From a virus (taxonomy: Duplodnaviria; Heunggongvirae; Uroviricota; Caudoviricetes), in IMG/VR virus record IMGVR_UViG_3300015214_000024, positions 329,787 through 393,786 of that record: a DNA stretch of 64,000 bases. The stretch is one strand, 5' to 3'. Of the stretch, positions 39,110-47,892 are shown piece by piece (the stretch's first letter is position 1; the number at the start of each line of letters is the position of its first letter). The notes under the pieces were generated by a model, which had not been told where the DNA came from, ran no database searches, and worked only from the letters and a program-made list of their open reading frames with translations. Made by a program: the position numbers and the translations under genes.

Positions 39110-40672
39110 TCAAAGGATGAACGGCATTGGCTGATCGTCATTGTCGTAGTCTTCATCATCGTATCCATCGATTGAGTCACTAAGACGATCATACACTTCG
39201 TCATCATAATATTTGACTTCGTCTAACATTCTGATAGCATTGAATAGGCTCATAACCAAGTCGTCTTTACACCCAACTTCAGCTTCAAAACTTGATCCTT
39301 TTGCGACGAAGTTTTTTAATTCATAGATTAATTTTTTACTATGAATTTTTATTTTACCAGCTTCGATCATTCTTTTCATTTTTGAACAACCGTTTCTCTT
39401 AGTTTTGCCAGTAGTTTTAAATCCTCGATATTTTCGTTTTGGTTCAGATATGAATGTGCCCTTGAAATTTTCTTCACCAGTATCCTCAATAATTCTACTA
39501 ATTGCTTCACCATTGTTATTGGCTTCTACTGTATAGAAAATTTCCGGATCACTGTTCTGACCAGCATCTTTCAAAATATAATAAATTTCATCCAATATTT
39601 GTTGTAACACTCTGACCTGAACTCTGTCAACTGATTTGTCATCTGACCATTCAGCAACTTGTTCAAATTCTGGCAATTGCCAAACAGTAATTGCGGCATT
39701 GTCGCCGCCACCAATGCCAATTGATGGATCGAGCGATACCAGGAATGACTTTCCTATTTCTGGCTCTTTAAACCATCGTATAGATCCAGTAGTCAAAACT
39801 GGATCCATCCCTTTCATATTTTCCAAAACAATTTGGTCAATTAACGTATCAGATTCTGAAATAAATTCACACTTAAATTCGCGTCTAAATCTAGCGTCAC
39901 CAAGCTGTGCTCTCATTTTCGCTTCAAATTCGTCATCTCGATCTGGCGCTTCATCCCATTCCACAGTAAAGGAAGCAAACCCATTAGACCCGCGAGATCC
40001 GATTCCATTATCACACGCTCCGCGCCAAGTATTGGCGAACAAATCGTCAGCGTTGTTTGGAGTTGAAGTAATGATACAGCTACCACCAGTTGACAACGTC
40101 GGAGCGAGAGCAGTCCAAAATTCTTCAGCAATTCGACGCTCAACGAATGCAAATTCGTCCAAATAAACTAATGAAATAGCAAGACCACGGCCAGTCTTTT
40201 CAGTAGTGGCAGTAGCAATAATACGTGACCCGTTGTCAAAGGTTAAACTTTGCTTATTTTCTGTAATTGCTCCGCAACGAATAAAATCTGGCATCGCCTG
40301 ATATGCGTGATATATTCTATGCATAATTTCACTTGCACCAGAAAATTGGTGGGCAGCAATTAATATTGTTTTATCCATATTAAACATCGCATACCAAAGC
40401 AGATATGCACCAGCAATGGTAGTCTTACCGACCTGTCGAGGCAAAAGATGTATGGAAAATTGATTTTCGTGGAAAACTTTGACCATTCTTCGTTGATATG
40501 GTCTAAGTTGGAATAAAATATCACCCTTAACTGGATGCTGAATCTTTACATAATTCTCAATAAAATATGCCGGATCAGAATGGCAGCGTCTGATCTCGTT
40601 GATTTGATACTGTGTAAAAACTTCTTCTTTATGGGCTTTCTTACTTGAAACGCCTGATGCCGCATTGGACAT
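39110..40672 (-). CDS. terL: Terminase large subunit (T4 gp17-like)
   Basis: PRQVGKT Walker A, YLDEFAF Walker B, TSTP, nuclease LDPSIG...DDLVM; ATAAATA at 40703-40709. Confidence 0.95.
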   Translation of the reverse strand: MSNAASGVSSKKAHKEEVFTQYQINEIRRCHSDPAYFIENYVKIQHPVKGDILFQLRPYQRRMVKVFHENQFSIHLLPRQVGKTTIAGAYLLWYAMFNMDKTILIAAHQFSGASEIMHRIYHAYQAMPDFIRCGAITENKQSLTFDNGSRIIATATTEKTGRGLAISLVYLDEFAFVERRIAEEFWTALAPTLSTGGSCIITSTPNNADDLFANTWRGACDNGIGSRGSNGFASFTVEWDEAPDRDDEFEAKMRAQLGDARFRREFKCEFISESDTLIDQIVLENMKGMDPVLTTGSIRWFKEPEIGKSFLVSLDPSIGIGGGDNAAITVWQLPEFEQVAEWSDDKSVDRVQVRVLQQILDEIYYILKDAGQNSDPEIFYTVEANNNGEAISRIIEDTGEENFKGTFISEPKRKYRGFKTTGKTKRNGCSKMKRMIEAGKIKIHSKKLIYELKNFVAKGSSFEAEVGCKDDLVMSLFNAIRMLDEVKYYDDEVYDRLSDSIDGYDDEDYDNDDQPMPFIL

Positions 40673-40735
40673 ATTATAATACCTCTCAGCATTCTTCGTC
40701 TATATTTATGTGGTTGTTTTCAACAAAAGATCCAT

Positions 40736-40764
40736 TTGACATTAAATAGCTATTGCAGTAATCT
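40736..40764 (+). promoter_or_regulatory. Sigma70-type promoter, probably giving a leaderless mRNA
   Basis: TTGACA-17 nt-TAATCT; ATG at 40772 follows the -10 box after 7 nt, with no SD. Confidence 0.6.
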
Positions 40765-40771
40765 TGATTTT

Positions 40772-41278
40772 ATGAATTATACTGAACGATATTCTTACGG
40801 ATCTGACCGATATGGCGAAAGCCGAATTTTGACGTCATATGATCGATTTGATTTAGTCGACGAGTATCTATCATCGTTATCTAAAACCATATCACACACC
40901 CAAGCAGAATATTTTAATATGGTAATTTCTATATATGGTGAAATTTGGACCAAAAAGCGCGATCCAATCGACATCGATTCAATGAATTTAGAGCGAAATC
41001 GAACTATAGAAGACATACACAATGTATCTGATTTAACTAGGATAACCCCCATTCGCGACTTTATCTATAACGAACAAGCAAAAAATGAAGGATTTGGACT
41101 TTTACTAATGAAGGAAATTAGCCTCTACGGGCTAGTAGATTTATATCCTGAATTCTTTGGAGTTGAAGTAGGTGCGGTCGTTTCTGCAGGGACGTTGTTT
41201 TGTCAATGCAATAGTTTAATTAAAGTCAAAGGACCTGATGCTGAAACGTTTAGAAACGTTCGGAAACTTATATTATGA
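40772..41278 (+). CDS. Hypothetical protein with C-terminal GPDAET motif
   Basis: Start moved from TTG 40736 (inside the -35 box) to ATG 40772. Confidence 0.65.
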   Translation: MNYTERYSYGSDRYGESRILTSYDRFDLVDEYLSSLSKTISHTQAEYFNMVISIYGEIWTKKRDPIDIDSMNLERNRTIEDIHNVSDLTRITPIRDFIYNEQAKNEGFGLLLMKEISLYGLVDLYPEFFGVEVGAVVSAGTLFCQCNSLIKVKGPDAETFRNVRKLIL

Positions 41279-41682
41279 CAAACGATAAATTTGAACATTT
41301 TATATCTATTATGACTGTCTATGATGGGTTCTCAGATACTAATTATCCATCAATTAAATTATGGTCATTAGAATTGGATGAAATGCGTCAGGAAGACTTT
41401 TCCTTTAACTGTATATTCAATTCAACATCCAAGGCAATATTTTCAATTATTGAAACCGAAGATGATTTAAAACTTCACATTGAACTAATGGTAGCAAAAT
41501 ATTCAGATTTAAATGCTGAAGACTATCCTGAATACACGAAAGGCGACTTTGAGTTCCAAAGTCGCCTTGTCGGTTTTGCAATTTGTCATCAATTCAATAA
41601 TAGATTTTCATCTCTTCCAATTGTTGAATTGTCAGGTCCAGATGCGGAAACTATTGTAACTTCATTAGTATTACTTTCCTAA
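41275..41682 (+). CDS. Hypothetical protein with C-terminal GPDAET motif (probable paralogue)
   Basis: ATGA-coupled; shares YPE and GPDAET...L(I/L) features. Confidence 0.65.
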   Translation: MTNDKFEHFISIMTVYDGFSDTNYPSIKLWSLELDEMRQEDFSFNCIFNSTSKAIFSIIETEDDLKLHIELMVAKYSDLNAEDYPEYTKGDFEFQSRLVGFAICHQFNNRFSSLPIVELSGPDAETIVTSLVLLS

Positions 41683-42297
41683 ACGTCTTTTTGCGGCCTT
41701 TAGCGCACCTTTACTAATTCGCTGTTGACCAGTCAAGCTTTGAAACAAACCAGTTCCTTTGTTGCGGAATGAGTATTGATGACTATAACGAGCTTCATCA
41801 GTATCAACATCTTCGCCAGCTTCTGGTTCCATAGAATCTGGATCAATCACTACATCGTCGTCAGCTAATTGGTCGTCTTCCATTCCAGGCTCCATATCGG
41901 TTGGTTCCATTTCGTCACCCACACCTTCTTCACCGTCACCAATTGAGAAACTATATTCGTCATCGCCCATTGGTTCCATTTCTGTTGGAGCCATTGCCAT
42001 ATCGTCCATTTCTGGTTCAGCATCGCCAGTTGATGCCATAACATTAACTTGCTCTATTGCCTGCTCGACAATTTGACCCTGTACTGAGAATAAAGTTTCC
42101 AACGAGTCCAGCAAAGTTTCAAAACACGGTGCTTGAATGGTCATTGACGCTGTTGATCCAGAACTAAGTGTTAACCCGACCATAACTGACTTCAATTGTT
42201 GATCGTCATTTGAGGCGACACTTACGTCAAGTGAAACGATAGAGGCACCTTCATTAATTTGTGCTAATTTTTTAATTAAATCTTGATAATCATTCAT
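41671..42297 (-). CDS. Acidic, Met/Pro-rich hypothetical protein (possibly prohead-associated)
   Basis: 208 aa; MEP repeats; basic C-terminus. Confidence 0.5.
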   Translation of the reverse strand: MNDYQDLIKKLAQINEGASIVSLDVSVASNDDQQLKSVMVGLTLSSGSTASMTIQAPCFETLLDSLETLFSVQGQIVEQAIEQVNVMASTGDAEPEMDDMAMAPTEMEPMGDDEYSFSIGDGEEGVGDEMEPTDMEPGMEDDQLADDDVVIDPDSMEPEAGEDVDTDEARYSHQYSFRNKGTGLFQSLTGQQRISKGALKAAKRRLGK

Positions 42298-42309
42298 TGA
42301 TGGAGTTCC

Positions 42310-43026
42310 TTATCCTTTTGGAGTTTCTGACTTGCTATACTTGCTATTGAGCTTGGCTTTCTTCAAGTCAGCTTCCTTAACTTTAAATGGAACCATATGC
42401 AATTTAGCCTTAAGTTTTTTAACTTTTGGTCCATCGTTGATTTTAGCATTAAAGTCGTTAGAATTTTTAAAATCCCGTGTTTCTTTGTAACTTAAAGGAT
42501 TTTCTACGATTTCAATATGTTCTTCTTTTTGCTTTGAGCGCATTTTGTTAATGGTTTCCAAATATGTTTCATTATATTTGTCACCATACAAAGTCATCGG
42601 TTCTGGAGAATCTGGATAAGATGATTCAGTAGTCAACAAAGGATCGTGCTCAACACCATTTTCCTCATCCTCAAATGCCTTTTCTTGGGCCTCAATATAA
42701 CCTTCAACAGGTTCATTTGGGTTGCGAACTACTATTCTTTTACCATCGATATAAAATTTTTCACTGAGCTGTTTAGCTAGGACATTTGGAGCAACTGGCA
42801 ACGAAGTAACAATATCCACAAAAAATATTTCAACATTTTCGTGTTGTGGAAAATCAAGAGATCGCTTATGGAAAATTGTTTTTTTAATTTTACCAATATC
42901 TTTCAATTTGTAACGATTTAGAAACTGCTCTAATTCATCTTGAATTCCAGTAATATCGTCCAAGCATTTAATCCTGAAACAATATTCTGGTTGATTACGT
43001 TCCAAATAGTCATAAAACTTGTTCAT
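42310..43026 (-). CDS. Hypothetical (probable virion) protein
   Basis: 238 aa; YCFRIK, LDFP, YGDKYN motifs; tatttat at 43051-43057 upstream. Confidence 0.55.
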   Translation of the reverse strand: MNKFYDYLERNQPEYCFRIKCLDDITGIQDELEQFLNRYKLKDIGKIKKTIFHKRSLDFPQHENVEIFFVDIVTSLPVAPNVLAKQLSEKFYIDGKRIVVRNPNEPVEGYIEAQEKAFEDEENGVEHDPLLTTESSYPDSPEPMTLYGDKYNETYLETINKMRSKQKEEHIEIVENPLSYKETRDFKNSNDFNAKINDGPKVKKLKAKLHMVPFKVKEADLKKAKLNSKYSKSETPKG

Positions 43027-43049
43027 TGTAATTCCCCGGGTTCTTTTGA

Positions 43050-43607
43050 TTATTTATCATCTTCTGGGTCAGTTTTTTCCTCAAAGTCAGCATCCTGAGT
43101 GTCACCGCCCATAATAGCTTTAAGTATATCGTTACGATGAGCTTTAATTCCTTCATTAACTGCATTTTCAACCAGGCCGGCTTGTATTTGGGCACGAGTC
43201 AATGCAACACTTAATTTAGCTCTATCATATTTGGCACTAACCTTTGAATCTGATGATTTATTAATTATATCCAAATATTGGGCAGCAACTTCAAATAAAC
43301 GAGCAGACTTTTCAGGAGGTACTGATTGCGCTACTGCAAAAATTTTATCAAATGCATCTTTAGCCTGGTCAGCGACACTGTCCGAAGTTTTAGTATGCTC
43401 AAAAACGACTTGGTCAAGCTCAGTCAAATCTTTATAAGCTTTATCCATAGGCGATGATTGAGTGTTTTCACTATAGTCAGTTAAATCAATTTCACTATTT
43501 TCAGAAACTTCAATATCAGATTGAGTTAAATTTTCGTGAGTTTCTTGATCAGCCATAGCTTCTTTTAAGGTTCTCATATTAAGACTTGTGCTAATACTAT
43601 TACTCAT
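43050..43607 (-). CDS. Terminase small subunit (gp16-like), putative
   Basis: Helical core ARLFEVAAQYL; size and position near terL and gp4. Confidence 0.6.
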   Translation of the reverse strand: MSNSISTSLNMRTLKEAMADQETHENLTQSDIEVSENSEIDLTDYSENTQSSPMDKAYKDLTELDQVVFEHTKTSDSVADQAKDAFDKIFAVAQSVPPEKSARLFEVAAQYLDIINKSSDSKVSAKYDRAKLSVALTRAQIQAGLVENAVNEGIKAHRNDILKAIMGGDTQDADFEEKTDPEDDK

Positions 43608-44059
43608 TATCGCTTCCTTGGCTTATATGTACCAGTTGCCTTATATAATTGATCTTCAGTTAAGATGACAAATTTACAACCGTGCTTTTGACACCACTGT
43701 TGGGCAGCGGCCCATTTCATTCTATTTAATGCAACTTGTAATTTATTTTGAATTCCTTTAGCCTTTTCTTGCAATGTTTGACTCATAGGCTTGATTTCTA
43801 TCAATTCAGTTTTTAATCCGCCGTTTTTATCCTGATATCTAACTAAAAAATCCGGAACGTAAACTGTTGTTTTTCTTTTGAAATGATTATAATATGGAAT
43901 TCTAATCGGCTCAGACGCCCAAGCAATTACGTCTGGATGAAAATCTAAATAGTGCATAAAGTTATATTCCCAGGAACTGCGCGCTATTGGATTTTTGTTT
44001 CCAATATATTTTTGCGGATTCTGAACTTCGTAAACACCTTTATAATAGTTACGAGCCAT
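43607..44059 (-). CDS. gp4: Head completion nuclease (T4 gp4 / TnsA-like)
   Basis: NPQKYIG, RSSWE, WASE, YVPDF, LIEIKP, KWAAA, FVILTE. Confidence 0.9.
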   Translation of the reverse strand: MARNYYKGVYEVQNPQKYIGNKNPIARSSWEYNFMHYLDFHPDVIAWASEPIRIPYYNHFKRKTTVYVPDFLVRYQDKNGGLKTELIEIKPMSQTLQEKAKGIQNKLQVALNRMKWAAAQQWCQKHGCKFVILTEDQLYKATGTYKPRKR

Positions 44060-44921
44060 AAAATTGCTCCTTCAACGTTTCAATTTCAATATCACAGCGG
44101 CAATGTTTGGATAAATTATCAGATTTGGCCAACATTCTAAGATTATATTTTGACCCAATTATTTCAGGTTCAATTTGCATCGCATATCCGGCGCGCACGC
44201 TGAAAATGTGATCTAAATGAAATTCCTGACCTCGAAGACCGGTTGGATCAATTTCATCTTTGTTGTTAAAATAGCTCATCGCAGTGATGTAATCAACGGC
44301 GGCGCGATATTCTTCATATGTCTGATATTCTTGCCACTCAAATTGTATTTGTTCAATTTTCCCCAATTTTGTAGCAATACGCTTCAAATATACTATCTGT
44401 TTTTCTTCTTCACTAGCAGTCTTCCACCACTTATGGGCGCCAGTTTTAAACATTACATCAGCTTTCCATTGATCTTTTTCTTCATCAGAAAGTTTATTAA
44501 GCCATCCATATCTCGCTGCCATTTCTTCCTTAGTCAATAACGAATTATTAGCTTTGATAGTTTCACCAATCTGTGATCTTATAGACGCATCATCGCCGGC
44601 TTCTTTTCGATCGGCCCAAATGCGTGTTTGGTTCGCTCGAACTTTCTTAACAAATGAATTATGCTTTTCCTCATCTTGTGCATTTTCGGCTCGCCATTCT
44701 TTAGTTTTTAAAGATCGACATTTAATGCAGGATGAAGCATATCCTTTGTTGACGTTTATAAATTTATTAGGATCGCCACAAAATTTGCATTTTTCTTCAC
44801 CATCAGCTTTGACATATTTGTTATAATAATCTTGCGAGCTAATATTATGTTGATCGCGAAAGTGCTTAGATAATTTACGCGCGGAATCAAATTGGTTATC
44901 GCAAATGTGACATTTCATCAA
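44049..44921 (-). mobile_element. Putative homing endonuclease (Zn fingers plus C-terminal HNH-like domain)
   Basis: CHIC...HFRDQH, CKFC...CIKC, C-terminal FHLDHIFSV...NLRML...NLSK; overlaps gp4 start; tatttat at 44923-44929. Confidence 0.7.
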
Positions 44922-44952
44922 TTATTTATTACTGGGAATAAAATTTAATGAA

Positions 44953-46410
44953 TTATCCAAAAAGTCCCTTTAATACTTTAGCTGCTTTAACAGCCGTACC
45001 AACAGTTGGTGACAAGTTTGAAACAGTCTTCTCAGCTACGCCGAATACGGTCGATTGACTGACTAGTGCGTTGACCCCAGCCAGACCCTTTTGAGTGAAT
45101 TGGATTTCGCCATTAGGTTTAGTAATAATCATACTGTTGGATCTAAAACTATTTGCATCTATATCTGATGATTTTGTCGACAACTGCGAATATAATCCGG
45201 TGCCCATAACTTTAGAGGCCACATTTCCCATCTGTCCTGAATACAAACTACGACCATTATCAGAATATTGAGAATCTAATGGAAAAGCACCAGTTGTGGA
45301 TTGATTTTTATTCGTGCTGAAAACAACATTATTGTTAATAAGATCACTGAATGCATTAATACCGACGTTTAAGATTCCGCTTTTGGTACTTTTACTAGTG
45401 TTATTAGTCGTGACACTTGTTATAACTGAACGAAGAACTGAGTCTGCAATTTTACCAGTAGTAGTATTACCAAGCCCCAATGTATCACTTATTACGCTTG
45501 AGATTGAATCAGAAATTCCATTTTTCTGCAAAAAGGCATCCAAATATCCAGCAACCCGTTGGGTAGAAATACCAAGTGGTGGATTATTATAATCAAATTG
45601 AAACCCGAAATCAGTTGCTTCACTGGTGCTAATCTTAACAGGATCCATATTATAAGCGACATTTTCATATTCAAATGTTATAGTAACTTCAGTCAATTGG
45701 TCACTTGATCCAGCATAAGTTAATGGATTAGAATATTGGAAGGTACTAATCACTGGATTGAATAAGGTGATAGTAGTATAATAACCTCCAAAAAACTGGT
45801 AAATTATTATTTTTTCAAAATAATATTTTTCATCAGTACCAGGTATTGTCCTCATACCAAAACCACCAGTACCTGGATCATTAATCGCACTAGCCATTAA
45901 ATCCCAAAATACGTAGCTATCATTTGATATAACACCATCTTGAAAATAGTGAGCAAAGTAGCTTTGCCAAAATTTCAATAGCTTGCCAGCAATATCGTCA
46001 TAAAATGTTATACTAATAGGATTATGTGTCCTACCAGTGTAAATGACACGCTTTTTATTATATTGATTAACGACTTCAGTTTGGATTGAAGTATTTGGTC
46101 TTTCAACACTTTTCGCTTGGAAGTTAAATCCAGTTTTCGAACTTAGTTGAGATGCTGCATCAAATCCAGTACGTGTTGATGAGGCATTTAATGGGGTCAC
46201 AAATTTGACCATATACAGGAACCCTGGGCGCGGTGCTGATGCGGTGTGAAATGCATAATTTTCACTTCCTACACCTAGTAACCTGCTCGCAGTCGGGGCT
46301 GATCTATAAATCAACCCACTTGAACGGCCAGCGACCTCAGAAAGCAACGTATCAGCTACGTCACCTAGAAGATTCCCAGCAATATTTTTGAAAACGCCTA
46401 TACCAGCCAT
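44953..46410 (-). CDS. Tail-tube-fold baseplate/tube initiator protein (gp54/gp48-like)
   Basis: KSVERP...NQYNKKR...PISITFYDD...VTITFEYE tube fold; follows the tube gene. Confidence 0.7.
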   Translation of the reverse strand: MAGIGVFKNIAGNLLGDVADTLLSEVAGRSSGLIYRSAPTASRLLGVGSENYAFHTASAPRPGFLYMVKFVTPLNASSTRTGFDAASQLSSKTGFNFQAKSVERPNTSIQTEVVNQYNKKRVIYTGRTHNPISITFYDDIAGKLLKFWQSYFAHYFQDGVISNDSYVFWDLMASAINDPGTGGFGMRTIPGTDEKYYFEKIIIYQFFGGYYTTITLFNPVISTFQYSNPLTYAGSSDQLTEVTITFEYENVAYNMDPVKISTSEATDFGFQFDYNNPPLGISTQRVAGYLDAFLQKNGISDSISSVISDTLGLGNTTTGKIADSVLRSVITSVTTNNTSKSTKSGILNVGINAFSDLINNNVVFSTNKNQSTTGAFPLDSQYSDNGRSLYSGQMGNVASKVMGTGLYSQLSTKSSDIDANSFRSNSMIITKPNGEIQFTQKGLAGVNALVSQSTVFGVAEKTVSNLSPTVGTAVKAAKVLKGLFG

Positions 46411-46474
46411 AAAAAATCCAATATCATTTATATTAGCTATTTATCTGATTATTTTTAAGTTTTATATAAGAAAA

Positions 46475-46504
46475 TGGGTGGTAATCGTTTCCAATTACCA
46501 CCCA
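46475..46504 (-). terminator. Terminator after tail tube gene
   Basis: tgggtggtaat...attaccaccca stem with T-run on minus strand. Confidence 0.75.
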
Positions 46505-46536
46505 GATAAAATTACCACTTAATTTTCTAAAACCTA

Positions 46537-47136
46537 TTAGGCTCCAGAGAGGACGCCGCCAATACTTGTTAGAATTGGATTTGCAGTCATCAATTCTGTT
46601 GATGTTGCGTTATCGTAACGGATAGTTAAATCGATTGTTTGAACGCCGTTATTTTCAGCATAGTCTAAACCTTCGTTTTCATAGCTTTGGATCCAGCATC
46701 CTTCAAGAATCCACTGTTCCAAAACATTCACGTTACCGCCGTCCATAACTTCAACATACATATCAAACTTATAATTGACACCAGCAGCCGGACTTGTTTG
46801 TTCATAGTGGTTGTGTTGCTTTTGAAGCTGATATCCTACTAACTTTGAAACAGAGTTAGTGATATCGTCACGAAGCTTAACTGCAACAGTCTGCCAAGAA
46901 TGCTTACCAGCAACGTAAACTTTTGAAGTGTAAACGTCGAGAGTAACTTCTTCGTGCTGAAGCTTAGGCTTATCAGCAGTCATAACCTGTTGGGTGAAAT
47001 AAGATTGATCGCCAATCGGTCCGAAATTAATTGTGCGAATACGGAAGCGATATTTTAGCTTTGGCTGAAGGACACCCTTACGACCTTCTTGACCATCTGG
47101 TCCCATTGGAACGCCAAACTTTGTAAGTGTGGACAT
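46537..47136 (-). CDS. gp19: Tail tube protein (T4 gp19-like)
   Basis: PKLKYRFR, AGKHSW, LRDD, W.LEGCW, LTIRYD; AGGAG RBS; ATAAATA at 47177-47183. Confidence 0.85.
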   Translation of the reverse strand: MSTLTKFGVPMGPDGQEGRKGVLQPKLKYRFRIRTINFGPIGDQSYFTQQVMTADKPKLQHEEVTLDVYTSKVYVAGKHSWQTVAVKLRDDITNSVSKLVGYQLQKQHNHYEQTSPAAGVNYKFDMYVEVMDGGNVNVLEQWILEGCWIQSYENEGLDYAENNGVQTIDLTIRYDNATSTELMTANPILTSIGGVLSGA

Positions 47137-47226
47137 ATTATAAAATACTCCTTTAGTGGTAATTCGTTATTCGTATTATTTATTGTTTAGGCTCAGAACC
47201 AAATTTAACATACAGATAATTCAATT

Positions 47227-47892
47227 TTATGGTTGAGTTTCTTCCTCTTCAGGCGGAGGTGGCGGATCTTCAACAGTGATGTAAATACATTTGGTTTCAG
47301 CAGTTTGACCACGCAACGTAATAATTGTATAACTAAAAGCATCAGCGCCAGTGTAGCCCGGATTGGGTACGTAAATTATACTCTTGCGATCGTCAGACAT
47401 CCTAGCAAAACCATTATATGGTTGAGTGCATATTACCGGTTCACACCAAGTAGCCGCATACGTTTCCTCATCTGTCGGTGCCAAGGTTTCGCCACCAAAT
47501 ATATTATCGATGGTGATAATATACTCATCAGGAACAAACGGCTGTATAGTTTGATCACATATCACTTTGATTTCGGCAGCAACTGGTTGATTGAAAGTGA
47601 TTAGCTGATCTTCAATCTCATAAGTTAACTGTGGCGGGTTCAAGTGTGTCTCGCCAAAGTCTGTACTTCTGTTAATTATCCTTATACCATCTTTATAAAT
47701 CTCTACCATTTCAGCACTTGGTATTTTCCAAGGCACTTGTAATTGAGATGTCAATGCCATTTGATAGGTAAAAGATAGTTCACCGCGACTTAAAATCTGT
47801 TTAAATGTATCACTAGTTTGATTGACCGGTACTGTAATTTCCATATCATCAATAGGTGGAATTATTGTACGGCAATTATTAATATTAATCAT
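47227..47892 (-). CDS. Virion protein with Ig-like/cadherin-like domain
   Basis: TQPYNG...YVPNPGYTGADAFSYTI motif. Confidence 0.65.
   Translation of the reverse strand: MININNCRTIIPPIDDMEITVPVNQTSDTFKQILSRGELSFTYQMALTSQLQVPWKIPSAEMVEIYKDGIRIINRSTDFGETHLNPPQLTYEIEDQLITFNQPVAAEIKVICDQTIQPFVPDEYIITIDNIFGGETLAPTDEETYAATWCEPVICTQPYNGFARMSDDRKSIIYVPNPGYTGADAFSYTIITLRGQTAETKCIYITVEDPPPPPEEEETQP

Noticed and set aside
38336-40672. Terminase split by an intron or intein
   Set aside because: 39110-40672 already has both ATPase and nuclease domains; the second ORF duplicates the N-domain rather than continuing the protein
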